Positions 52,270 through 61,911 of a DNA stretch of 64,000 bases are shown piece after piece (within the stretch, counting starts at the first letter, position 1; every line of letters begins with the position of its first letter). Source of the stretch: Nitrosopumilus sp. (GTDB lineage Archaea; Thermoproteota; Nitrososphaeria; Nitrososphaerales; Nitrosopumilaceae). Made by a program: the position numbers and the translations under genes. The stretch covers positions 1,504,001-1,568,000 of the forward strand of contig OZ244732.1 of assembly GCA_965219345.1 (NCBI GenBank), given 5' to 3'. Under the pieces are notes generated by a model. That model did not search any database and was not told where the DNA came from. It saw only the letters and a list, made by a program, of their open reading frames with translations.

Positions 52270-52599
52270 ATGTCAAGACGACTTACTTTACCACAATTAA
52301 AAAAATATGATATTACTCAAAAAGTGATAGAAGCATTAGCAGATTCTGAATCTCGCGCAATTCTTTTCTCTATAATTAAAAAAGGAAATACTGCTGCAGA
52401 ACTCTCAGATAAACTCAAAATTCCTCTTAGCTCTGTATATAAAAAATTATCAGACCTTGAAGAACTTACACTAATTAAAGTTGAAAAATGGATGCTGTCT
52501 GATAAAGGTAGAAAATACAAAGTTTATCGCAGTAGAATTAGCAAAGCTGATATCTCCATTAAAAAACCTGAACCAATTCTTACACTGATTCCCAATTGA
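52270..52599 (+). CDS. ArsR-like winged-helix regulator
   Basis: ALAD..SRAIL, ELSDKLKIPLSSVYKKL. Confidence 0.85.
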   Translation: MSRRLTLPQLKKYDITQKVIEALADSESRAILFSIIKKGNTAAELSDKLKIPLSSVYKKLSDLEELTLIKVEKWMLSDKGRKYKVYRSRISKADISIKKPEPILTLIPN

Positions 52600-52608
52600 G
52601 TGATTTTA

Positions 52609-52959
52609 ATGTCAAAGCCAAACATAATCCAATTATCTGAATTTGATATCACTCAAAGAATTATTGAATCACTTAGTAGTGTATGTACAAGAGCAGTATT
52701 GTTTTCAATCAAAAATGAATCAAAAGATGCAACTCAGATTGCAGATGAATTAAAAATTTCACTTTCTACTGTTTACAAAACATTGTGTACTTTAGAAGAT
52801 CTTGCTCTTGTAGAGGTATACAAGTATATTATTTCATCAGAAGGAAAAAAGATCAAACAATATCGTAGTAGAATTGGTAAGGTGGAAATAACTTTAGAGA
52901 ACTCATATCCTAGTTTGAATTTGTATCCAAATACATCAAACCTTGAATCAAATTCTTAA
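52609..52959 (+). CDS. ArsR-like winged-helix regulator (paralog)
   Basis: IADELKISLSTVYKTL. Confidence 0.85.
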   Translation: MSKPNIIQLSEFDITQRIIESLSSVCTRAVLFSIKNESKDATQIADELKISLSTVYKTLCTLEDLALVEVYKYIISSEGKKIKQYRSRIGKVEITLENSYPSLNLYPNTSNLESNS

Positions 52960-53067
52960 AAAAACCAATTGTCAATCTCGATATTCTCATTCTATGTACT
53001 TGGAATGAACCTTTAGAATGAAAATCTAATTTAAATAACTTAGCTGAACCTAAGATTTTTGTAAATC

Positions 53068-54156
53068 ATGAAAAAACGAACAACGTTAGGATTATTTACT
53101 ATAATTGTTGCAATTGGCGTTGTAACAATTCCTTTGGTTCAGAATGCTGAAGCAGAGAGCCTAATTCCAGACTGGATTAAAACAAATGCAGGTTGGTGGG
53201 CTGATGGTACAATTGATGATACAACTTTTCTAAATGGAATTGAATTCCTTGTTGAAAATGGAATAATTAATGTCCCAACTGAATCAAAATCTATAGATGT
53301 TGACACCATCACTATTGGGTTTATTCCTGTTGAAAAAGCCGATGAGTTGACTCCAAAAGCTCAAGCTTTGGAAGAATTTCTTGAGAATAAAATTGATGTT
53401 GATATTGAAGTTGTTATTCCCACAGACTACGAGATTATTATTGAAGGAATGAGATTTGGCCATATTGATGCTGCTTTTATGGATACTGGACCTGCATGGA
53501 TTACACATCAAAGAACAGGCGCAGAAGCTGTACTGGCAGAACTTGTTGCAGGTAAAGTAAATTATCAAGCAACAGTTTGGACTTTGGCTGAAAACGATTC
53601 TATTAATTCATTAGAAGATACTGTTGGTAAAAAAGTGGCATTTACTAGCATTACAGGTTCATCAGGTTTTGTAAGACCTATGGGGACTTTGGTAACTGCT
53701 GGGCATGTCAACATTGAAGGAGACGATATAGTTGCATTGGAATCTGCATTGGTAAATAACTTTGAAAGTTACACTTTTGCAGGAGGTTATAAAGCAGCTT
53801 TACAATTACTTCTTAATGGTAATGTGGATGTAGCATTTGGCTCAGATATTGCTCCTCAAAAATATCTTGGATTAGAAGATCAAACAAAATTACGTCCAGT
53901 TACAACAATTGGATCTGTACCCTCACATGTATTCATGGTAAATACTGAAATGTCAGAATCAACACGTGATGCACTTGTTGATGCCCTTATCGAACTCAAC
54001 TATGATGAAAATAATTCTATTTTAACAGATTTATATGGTGCTGAAGCACTTGTTCCGACAACTACTACTATGCATATTGGTGAATTTGGGGAATTTATTA
54101 ATGCGTTAACCGGTCTTGATCAATTAATTCTTGACAAATACAACAAGAGTAAATAA
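53068..54156 (+). CDS. phnD: Phosphate/phosphite/phosphonate ABC transporter substrate-binding protein
   Basis: IGFIPVE, DYE.IIEGMRFGHID, FTSITGSSGF; N-terminal IPDWIKTNAGWW domain. Confidence 0.85.
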   Translation: MKKRTTLGLFTIIVAIGVVTIPLVQNAEAESLIPDWIKTNAGWWADGTIDDTTFLNGIEFLVENGIINVPTESKSIDVDTITIGFIPVEKADELTPKAQALEEFLENKIDVDIEVVIPTDYEIIIEGMRFGHIDAAFMDTGPAWITHQRTGAEAVLAELVAGKVNYQATVWTLAENDSINSLEDTVGKKVAFTSITGSSGFVRPMGTLVTAGHVNIEGDDIVALESALVNNFESYTFAGGYKAALQLLLNGNVDVAFGSDIAPQKYLGLEDQTKLRPVTTIGSVPSHVFMVNTEMSESTRDALVDALIELNYDENNSILTDLYGAEALVPTTTTMHIGEFGEFINALTGLDQLILDKYNKSK

Positions 54157-54173
54157 AAACTAGCATTTTTAGG

Positions 54174-55004
54174 ATGATACAAACTCAGATGACTCCTGAC
54201 TCTTCTTTTTCACTAATTTCCACAAATAAGATTATACAAATGAGTGATGTCTCGACATCTTATGATTCTAAAAATTTTGCATTAAAAGGAATCAACTTAT
54301 CCATTGATAGGGGAACAAATTATGCAATTATAGGACAATCTGGTTCTGGAAAATCTACTTTACTCAAATTAATGAACGGAATGATGATTCCTAGCAAAGG
54401 AACAATCAAAATTGATTATGTTTCTCCTAACATGAATGATAGAAAATTCAAAAATATGATGCATACTATTGGCTACATTCCTCAAAGTCTTGGATTAATA
54501 AAAAACATCACAGTTCTTGAAAATACTCTCATCGGTGCACTCCCAAGACTCAACAAAACTCAATCATTACTTAAGAGATTTCCAGAACATGAGATTAAAG
54601 AGGCTAAAAGAATTCTAAATTTAGTCGGGTTGTCTGGAAAAGAAACTAGAAAAGCCTACATGCTTAGTGGTGGTGAAAAGAGAAGAGTTGCTATTGCTCG
54701 AGCGTTAATGCAAAAACCTTCAATATTGTTAGCAGACGAAATTGTTTCAGAATTAGATTATGTGACTGCTCATGAAATAATGGATTTGATTGCAGACGCC
54801 CAAAAACGAATGAATCTAACAGCAATTATGGTTCACCATGACATGCAACTAGCATTAGAGTATGCAAATAGAGTCGCAGTTATCAAAGAAGGGCAAAAAA
54901 TTTTAGAGATTGGTGTTGAAGGTGACGCTATAGTTGATTTTCAAACGGGTGATATGAACACCGATGATATTATGGAGATGTATGCTGATGACACCCAAAA
55001 ATAA
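54174..55004 (+). CDS. phnC: Phosphonate ABC transporter ATP-binding protein
   Basis: GQSGSGKST, LSGGEKRRVAIARALMQ, LADE. Confidence 0.85.
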   Translation: MIQTQMTPDSSFSLISTNKIIQMSDVSTSYDSKNFALKGINLSIDRGTNYAIIGQSGSGKSTLLKLMNGMMIPSKGTIKIDYVSPNMNDRKFKNMMHTIGYIPQSLGLIKNITVLENTLIGALPRLNKTQSLLKRFPEHEIKEAKRILNLVGLSGKETRKAYMLSGGEKRRVAIARALMQKPSILLADEIVSELDYVTAHEIMDLIADAQKRMNLTAIMVHHDMQLALEYANRVAVIKEGQKILEIGVEGDAIVDFQTGDMNTDDIMEMYADDTQK

Positions 55005-55773
55005 TATTGTTATTGGAATCATTATTGGATTAGTAGTAATTGCATCTTACAATGTAGATGCTAATCCTATAGAGTTTGTTGAAGGATTACCAAATCTTGC
55101 AATCGTTGCTGAAGAAATGCTTTTAGTTGAACCAAAATACGTCCCAACTGCTATTTGGGCAATGTTTGAAACTATTCAAATGGCATTTATTGGAACAATA
55201 GTTGGTTTTGCAATTGCATTACCACTAAGTATGCTTGCTGCAAGGAACCTTAACAGCAAATATGTTTATGCCCCAGTTCGTGCCTTGTTAGCAGCTATTC
55301 GTACATTTCCATCAATTTTGTGGGCAATCTTATTTGTAATTATGGTTGGGTTGGGTCCTTTTGCAGGAGTTTTGGCAATTATCATGTATACCGTGGGATT
55401 TGTTGCCAAATTACAATACGAAGCAATTGAAACAATTGATTCTGATCCTATGGATGCAGTAAGCTCAATTGGAGTATCAAAATGGCAATTGATTCGTTAT
55501 GTTGTAATTCCTGAATCAGCTTCTCATCTGCTTAGCCAATTGCTTTACATGTTTGATTATAATATTCGTCAAACCAGTATTCTTGGATTAGTAGGTGCTG
55601 GTGGAATTGGTTTTTACATTATCAACTATATCAAATTCTTTGAGTATGGAAAAGCAGCAGTTTTCATGTTAGTAGTACTGATTACTGTTTTGATAATTGA
55701 TTGGGTTAGTGTAAAGATTAGAGACAAGTATATCATTAAATCACAACACGGGATGGAAGTTACTACAAAATAG
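54988..55773 (+). CDS. phnE: Phosphonate ABC transporter permease
   Basis: ETIQMA, GLGPFAGVLA, NIRQTSILGLVGAGGIG. Confidence 0.9.
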   Translation: MTPKNNIVIGIIIGLVVIASYNVDANPIEFVEGLPNLAIVAEEMLLVEPKYVPTAIWAMFETIQMAFIGTIVGFAIALPLSMLAARNLNSKYVYAPVRALLAAIRTFPSILWAILFVIMVGLGPFAGVLAIIMYTVGFVAKLQYEAIETIDSDPMDAVSSIGVSKWQLIRYVVIPESASHLLSQLLYMFDYNIRQTSILGLVGAGGIGFYIINYIKFFEYGKAAVFMLVVLITVLIIDWVSVKIRDKYIIKSQHGMEVTTK

Positions 55774-55788
55774 ATTTCTTTAGTAATT

Positions 55789-56814
55789 TTAGGTTGTAAT
55801 TTTATCTAATTGATTAGATTCAACTGCTGTTTTTACCTCTCTTGCAATTCTTTTACCCATACTCATAGGCTCATTAAACAAGAAGGAGTAGTATGGAGAA
55901 CCATCAGTGTAGATATTGGTTCCTGCAACAATCCTCGCTGAAAATTCAAATGATGTGAATTTTGCATTTTCATCATAAACGCCTTCTATACAAAATGGTC
56001 CATTCATACCTGGTGATACTAGTTTTTTAGATGCATCAACAAAGTTTTCTCCCATTTTGTATACTTCATCTAAAAGTGATTCTCTTAAAACCAGAGGACT
56101 ATTCCCAATTACATTGAATGATGGAACCTTATCGCTTTTTAGTTGTTGTTCTGATGGGATTCTAGCTAGACCTTCAATATCTGATTCATGTCTTTGATCA
56201 GCTCCAAAGAACTCTAATTCTTCTTTTAGCGGAGAATAAAAGAATTGTAAATAAGCTAACACTCCTACTGCATATTCTTGAATGTAAAGTATTTCATCTT
56301 TTGAAATTGTTCCTTCTGAAATCAATTGGTTTCTTTTTGTGTTGTAATCATCTTCATTTGCTGCCAAAAAGTACCCTTTTCCACCTGCTGCCCCTTGTCT
56401 TTTTACAATTGCCAAATTATTGATATCTTTAGGATTTGATACTGGTTTTGGAATAGGTAGATTTGCTTCTCTCATTAGTTTCTCTTTCATCTCTCTATCT
56501 GATTCCCATCTTAGAATCCATTTGTTACCAAAGATAGGAGTCTTTATTGATTCAATCTCTTCAGAATTCATTTGCGCAATTAACGTTCCATGTGGAATTA
56601 ACACCGCATTGTTTTGTTCTAGGACTGATTGGCATTTTTGGTCTAGAATTTCTTTGAAAGAATCTACCATAATTAGTTCATCAATAAATGGAAATCTTCG
56701 ATATAGTTTTTCACGTTTTTTTTCACACACTAGTATAGTTTTTAGACCTTCATCTTTTGCACCTTTGAGAACTTGAAGTGCACAGTGAGACCCAAGTGTA
56801 GCAATAGATGTCAT
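55789..56814 (-). CDS. purP: Formate--phosphoribosylaminoimidazolecarboxamide ligase family
   Basis: ATLGSHCALQVLKGAKDEG, FEFSARIVAGTN. Confidence 0.92.
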   Translation of the reverse strand: MTSIATLGSHCALQVLKGAKDEGLKTILVCEKKREKLYRRFPFIDELIMVDSFKEILDQKCQSVLEQNNAVLIPHGTLIAQMNSEEIESIKTPIFGNKWILRWESDREMKEKLMREANLPIPKPVSNPKDINNLAIVKRQGAAGGKGYFLAANEDDYNTKRNQLISEGTISKDEILYIQEYAVGVLAYLQFFYSPLKEELEFFGADQRHESDIEGLARIPSEQQLKSDKVPSFNVIGNSPLVLRESLLDEVYKMGENFVDASKKLVSPGMNGPFCIEGVYDENAKFTSFEFSARIVAGTNIYTDGSPYYSFLFNEPMSMGKRIAREVKTAVESNQLDKITT

Positions 56815-56841
56815 ATTATGCCTTCCCTAACATTTTGTACC

Positions 56842-57051
56842 TTATGAACTATGTGTGGTTGAAACGTATTGAAATATATCGTCTATCAATTCAATGCTTA
56901 ATTCTGATTTGATATCTTCAGGAACCACCCTTAGCACAAAATCATACATTGTTGTATTTTCAGGAAGGTCACCTCTTTCTTGTAATAACGAGAAAACTGC
57001 AATTCCATTTGAGATGATTGCTACAATCTTTTCTTTGTTAGTAAGAGCCAT
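56842..57051 (-). CDS. Hypothetical protein
   Basis: 69-aa ORF upstream of purP. Confidence 0.65.
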   Translation of the reverse strand: MALTNKEKIVAIISNGIAVFSLLQERGDLPENTTMYDFVLRVVPEDIKSELSIELIDDIFQYVSTTHSS

Positions 57052-57168
57052 AACATCTATGAAAAATCGTGGTAATTTAATGTAAATCTGGTTATTGAAA
57101 ATTAAGGTATTAGTTCATTATTTTGTGTAAAAATTAATTACACCATGGAATATGAAATAAAGTAAATT

Positions 57169-58479
57169 ATGATAGAAACTGAATTAGGAAATTTACGTAG
57201 ATCTCATTATTCTGATGAAATTAACTCGTCCATGGATGGGACTTTAGTAACCATAATGGGTTGGATTTTAACAATACGAGGACATGGTAACATTAGTTTT
57301 GCTACAATCCGTGACAAAAATGGTGATATCTCAGTTGTTGCAAAAAAGGGAGATTGTTCAGATGATATTCGCGAAAAAATATCTTCACTAAAAGCACATT
57401 CTTCAATTGCTATTACTGGAAAAGTAAAATCCTCGGAAAAGGCACCTTGTGGATTTGAGATAATTCCAACTGAACTAAGGGTCTTTTCAGAAGTTGAAAA
57501 GGTTCCTCCTTTTGAGCCAACTGCAAAAACTGTCAAAAATATTGATACGAGATTAGAGGTAAGACCTATTGATTTAAGACGTAAGCCTCTCCAGCATATT
57601 TTCAATGCTAGAAGTCTAGTCTTAAAGTCAATCCGAGATTATTTTAATTCTCAAAATTTTACTGAAATCAATACTCCAAAAATGATTGCTACAGCTACTG
57701 AAGGTGGGGCCGCATTATTTGCAATCTTTTATTACAACAAAGAAGCTTTCCTGGCACAAAGTCCGCAATTGTATAAAGAACAATTAACGATGAGCTTTGA
57801 AAAAGTCTTTGAGATTGCTCCAATTTTTAGAGCAGAACCATCTAGAACTAATCGTCATTTAGCAGAGGCCATCTCTATTGATTTGGAAGAAGCATTTGTT
57901 GATTACAATGATGTAATGAATAGGACAGAAGATATCATCAAAATTTCAATTAAAACTGTTAATGATTATGTAAAAGATAATCCTGATGCTGAATTTATAA
58001 TTCCTGGCATTCCAGAAAACATTCCTCGATATTCTTATGATGAATTAGTAGATAAAATGAAAAAGGCAGAAGTGAAAACTGAATGGGGAGATGACTTGTA
58101 TCCGTCTAATCTCAAAAAGATCGGTCTTGATGGATTTTACTTTATCACCGATTGGCCTTTGGGCCCAAAACCATTTTATGTAAAAGATAGCAAATCAAAC
58201 CCAAAAATTTCTGAATCCTTTGATTTGATGTATGGGGATTTAGAACTGTCTTCAGGTAGTACCAGAATTGAAAAACGAGACGAACTAGCTGAGAGAATGA
58301 AGAACAAAGGAATGAAAACTGATGCATTTGAATATCACCTTGGCGCATTTGATTATGGTGTTCCACCTCATGCTGGTTGTGGAATTGGTTTAGAGAGGCT
58401 CATTATGGCTCTTACTGGCACAGAAAACATCCGAGATGTAACATTTTATCCAAGAGATGTTGACAGATTAACACCCTAG
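57169..58479 (+). CDS. aspS: Aspartate--tRNA(Asp/Asn) ligase (non-discriminating)
   Basis: LAQSPQLYK, FRAE, PPHAGCGIGLERL; adjacent to gatCAB. Confidence 0.95.
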   Translation: MIETELGNLRRSHYSDEINSSMDGTLVTIMGWILTIRGHGNISFATIRDKNGDISVVAKKGDCSDDIREKISSLKAHSSIAITGKVKSSEKAPCGFEIIPTELRVFSEVEKVPPFEPTAKTVKNIDTRLEVRPIDLRRKPLQHIFNARSLVLKSIRDYFNSQNFTEINTPKMIATATEGGAALFAIFYYNKEAFLAQSPQLYKEQLTMSFEKVFEIAPIFRAEPSRTNRHLAEAISIDLEEAFVDYNDVMNRTEDIIKISIKTVNDYVKDNPDAEFIIPGIPENIPRYSYDELVDKMKKAEVKTEWGDDLYPSNLKKIGLDGFYFITDWPLGPKPFYVKDSKSNPKISESFDLMYGDLELSSGSTRIEKRDELAERMKNKGMKTDAFEYHLGAFDYGVPPHAGCGIGLERLIMALTGTENIRDVTFYPRDVDRLTP

Positions 58480-58485
58480 GTGTAA

Positions 58486-58758
58486 GTGATGGTTACTGAA
58501 GAAGAAATTGAACATGTGGCAAAATTAATGAGGATTGAAGTTGATGATCATAAAGAATTTGTAGACAAAGTACATGCAATGATTGATTATTTTGATGTTT
58601 TGGATTCTGCAGGTGTTGAATCTGAAAAAATCTCAATGCATGAAATCCCAATTTCTAATCTACGAGAAGATGAATATATTCCATTTAATGAAAAACTAAT
58701 CTACAAACTAAACAACTACAAAGGGACCTATGTTCGAGCACCAAAGATGTCTACATGA
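58486..58758 (+). CDS. gatC: Asp/Glu-tRNA amidotransferase subunit C
   Basis: EIEHVAKL.RI, LRED, YVRAPK. Confidence 0.88.
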   Translation: MMVTEEEIEHVAKLMRIEVDDHKEFVDKVHAMIDYFDVLDSAGVESEKISMHEIPISNLREDEYIPFNEKLIYKLNNYKGTYVRAPKMST

Positions 58759-60200
58759 ATCTCAAAATCTCTGCCCTTGAATTTGTCGAAGAAGTAAAAA
58801 ATGGAAATATTTCTGCTGAGGATTTTGTTGCAAAAACTCTAGAAAGAATACAAAGTGTTGATGATAAACTTCATGCTTTCTTATCTGTTAATGAAGAAGC
58901 AGTAGATAAAGCACAAGAGATTGACAAGAAAGTAAAATCCGGAGATAAAGTTGGTGCATGTTTTGGAATGCCAATTTCAATTAAAGATAACATCTGCATA
59001 AAAGACAGTAAAACAACATGTGCTTCAAAAATGCTTGAAAATTTTGTTGCTCCTTATGATGCAACCGTCATAACAAAATTAAAAGAACAAGATGCCGTAT
59101 TTATTGGAAAAGTAAATCTTGATGAATTTGCTATGGGATTAACAACTGAATTTAGTGCGTTTGGTCCAAGCAAAAATCCATGGAATACTGAATACGTTCC
59201 AGGTGGGTCTTCTGGCGGTAGTGCAGTTTCTGTAAGTTCTTTTGAATGTATTGCATCATTGGGCTCTGATACAGGTGGCTCTGTTAGAAACCCTGCAAGC
59301 TTTTGTTCTACAGTCGGATACAAACCAACGTATAGCTTAATCAGCAGATATGGCTTGATTTCCTATTCAAATAGCATTGAGCAAATTGGACCACTAACTA
59401 GAACTGTAAAAGACGCTGCCTTTATGCTGAATATTGTCTCTGGATTAGACGTTAACGATAATACTACTATGAATAACAAAAATGAAGATTATCTCTCAGA
59501 AATTGATTCTGGCATAGAAGGTAAGAAAATTGGTATTATCAAAGAGATGATTGGTGAGGGTATCGATCCTGCAGTATTTTCTGCAACAAAAGATGCCATA
59601 ACAAAATTAGAGAATCTTGGGGCCATATGCGAAGAAGTATCCTTAGATATGGTCAAGTATTCTGTTGCAGCATACTATACAATTACTGCAACTGAGGCTG
59701 GAAGTAATCTTGCAAGATATGATAATTTGAGATATGGGTATGATTTTTCAGTTGAAGGATATGAGTTTAATTCCTATATTGCAAAAGCAAGAAAAAACTT
59801 TGGCCCAGAAGTTATCCGAAGAATGATAATTGGAGGATTTGTTCCATCTGCAGGGCAAGCAGGAAAATATTTCCTAAAGGCTATGAAAGTAAAAAGTAAA
59901 CTTAGCAAAGAAGTTGATGAGGCTTTTAAAAAATATGATTTACTAATTGCACCAACCGTTCCAATTTTACCATTTAAAATTGGTGAAAAAATTGATGATC
60001 CGGTTTCATTATTCTTAGTTGATATTAATACTGTTACTGCAAATCTTACTGGAAAACCTGCCATCTCGATTCCATTTACGATTTCAAATGGATTGCCAAT
60101 TGGAATACAATTATTGGCAGATTCTATGAATGACAAATTACTATTACAAGCAGCTCGTGCATTAGAGAAAACTGTCAGATTGCCAGAGGTTCCCATATGA
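58755..60200 (+). CDS. gatA: Asp/Glu-tRNA amidotransferase subunit A
   Basis: IKDN, GGSSGGSA, SDTGGSVR. Confidence 0.96.
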   Translation: MNLKISALEFVEEVKNGNISAEDFVAKTLERIQSVDDKLHAFLSVNEEAVDKAQEIDKKVKSGDKVGACFGMPISIKDNICIKDSKTTCASKMLENFVAPYDATVITKLKEQDAVFIGKVNLDEFAMGLTTEFSAFGPSKNPWNTEYVPGGSSGGSAVSVSSFECIASLGSDTGGSVRNPASFCSTVGYKPTYSLISRYGLISYSNSIEQIGPLTRTVKDAAFMLNIVSGLDVNDNTTMNNKNEDYLSEIDSGIEGKKIGIIKEMIGEGIDPAVFSATKDAITKLENLGAICEEVSLDMVKYSVAAYYTITATEAGSNLARYDNLRYGYDFSVEGYEFNSYIAKARKNFGPEVIRRMIIGGFVPSAGQAGKYFLKAMKVKSKLSKEVDEAFKKYDLLIAPTVPILPFKIGEKIDDPVSLFLVDINTVTANLTGKPAISIPFTISNGLPIGIQLLADSMNDKLLLQAARALEKTVRLPEVPI

Positions 60201-61600
60201 CCAAAATTGGATTAGAGATTCACTGCCAATTGACAAATCTTGAAAGCAAATTGTTTTGCTCATGTAAAGCAAACTATCGAGAATTTGAAATTAATGAAAA
60301 TATTTGCCCAATTTGTGTAGGGTTGCCAGGAAGTTTACCTAGATTAAATCAAGAAGCCGTTAAAAAAGCAACAATGATTGCCATGGCTCTTAATTGTAGT
60401 ACACCAGATAAAATTGCATTTTTTAGGAAAAATTACTTTTATCCAGATTTACCAAAAAACTTCCAAATTACTCAGCTTAACATTTACGGAGACACCAGTA
60501 TTGGCGGTATAGGCTCAATAATGGTAGGTGATAAAAAAATCAACATCACTAGAATTCAGCTAGAAGAAGACCCTGGCAGACTAATTTACGAAGGAAGTTC
60601 CTCTAAAAATCAAATAACTTTGGTAGATTACAATCGTGCTGGTACCCCCTTAGTTGAAATTGTTACGGAACCTGACTTTGAGAGCCCAAAGCAAGTTAGA
60701 GACTTTCTTAACATTTTGTCTGATTTACTTGAAAATCTTGGCGTATCAGATCCTAGTTTGGAAGGTGCAATGAGGGCTGATGCTAATGTTTCAATTGAAG
60801 GAGGAAAAAAAGTTGAAATCAAAAATATTGGGTCTTTTCATGATTTAGAAAAAGCTACTATTTTTGAAATTACAAGACAAAAAAGCTTGCATTCTAGAGA
60901 TATAGAAATAATTCAAGAAACCCGTCATTGGGATGACAAGAGAAAGATTACAGTTTCATCACGTTCCAAAGAAGAAGACTTGGATTATCGTTATTTTCTA
61001 GAAGGCGATATACCATGGGTCAAAATTGATTCTGAGACTCAACAAAAACTAAAATCAAAAATGCCAGAAAGCATAATCTCTAAAAAAGAAAGATATATCT
61101 CACAATTCGATATTCCTGCACAAGTTGCAACTGTTTTATCATCTGACAAATTTTATTCTGATTTGTTTGAAAAATCTTATACTGAAAATAATGCAAAAGA
61201 TGTTGCAAATATTATTACAACTGATTTAATGGGGTTAGTTGATACACGGGAAAAACGTGAAAAATCAAAAATTACTCCAACACATCTAAAAGACTTAGTT
61301 GACTCAATTCAATCTGGAAAAATCTCTAGAAATTCTGCTAAAAATGCATTGTATGAAATTGTAAAAACTGGAAAGGATTTGTCTAAAGTAATGTCTGAAT
61401 TAGATCTTGGAAATGTATCTGATGAATCAGAATTATTAGGAATAATTAAAGAAGTTATATCTGAGGAGTCACATGCAGTAGAACAAGCAAAATCTAATCC
61501 ACAGACAATCAATTATCTAGTTGGAAAAGTAATGCAAAAGACAAAAGGAAAAGCAGATCCTACCTTAACCTTAGATTTGTTAAAAAAACAGATAGAGTAA
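60197..61600 (+). CDS. gatB: Asp/Glu-tRNA amidotransferase subunit B
   Basis: IGLEIHCQL, RKNYFYPDLPK, NRAGTPLVEIVTEPD. Confidence 0.96.
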   Translation: MTKIGLEIHCQLTNLESKLFCSCKANYREFEINENICPICVGLPGSLPRLNQEAVKKATMIAMALNCSTPDKIAFFRKNYFYPDLPKNFQITQLNIYGDTSIGGIGSIMVGDKKINITRIQLEEDPGRLIYEGSSSKNQITLVDYNRAGTPLVEIVTEPDFESPKQVRDFLNILSDLLENLGVSDPSLEGAMRADANVSIEGGKKVEIKNIGSFHDLEKATIFEITRQKSLHSRDIEIIQETRHWDDKRKITVSSRSKEEDLDYRYFLEGDIPWVKIDSETQQKLKSKMPESIISKKERYISQFDIPAQVATVLSSDKFYSDLFEKSYTENNAKDVANIITTDLMGLVDTREKREKSKITPTHLKDLVDSIQSGKISRNSAKNALYEIVKTGKDLSKVMSELDLGNVSDESELLGIIKEVISEESHAVEQAKSNPQTINYLVGKVMQKTKGKADPTLTLDLLKKQIE

Positions 61601-61603
61601 TTC

Positions 61604-61867
61604 ATGACTGATTTATCTTTAGAAGACATTGAATTCATCAAAATACTTGCCACTTCTGATACTACAATTCTTCAGGCAGGAATGAATGATGCAACTAGAC
61701 AGCGACTAGATAATCAAATAGGGATGATTTTACGTGAATATTATCATGAAAATACTATGAATACTGGAAATAAGTGCACTGAAAAATTTCTAAAAGCAGG
61801 CATTACTGAAGATGATAAAAAAGCTACAATTGCATGTGCAAGACGTCTCGGAATAGATATTTCATAA
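61604..61867 (+). CDS. Hypothetical protein
   Basis: 87-aa ORF in operon with gatB. Confidence 0.7.
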   Translation: MTDLSLEDIEFIKILATSDTTILQAGMNDATRQRLDNQIGMILREYYHENTMNTGNKCTEKFLKAGITEDDKKATIACARRLGIDIS

Positions 61868-61911
61868 ACCAAAAAATCTTTTTACACTCTTCAAGTTTGT
61901 AACATTATAAC

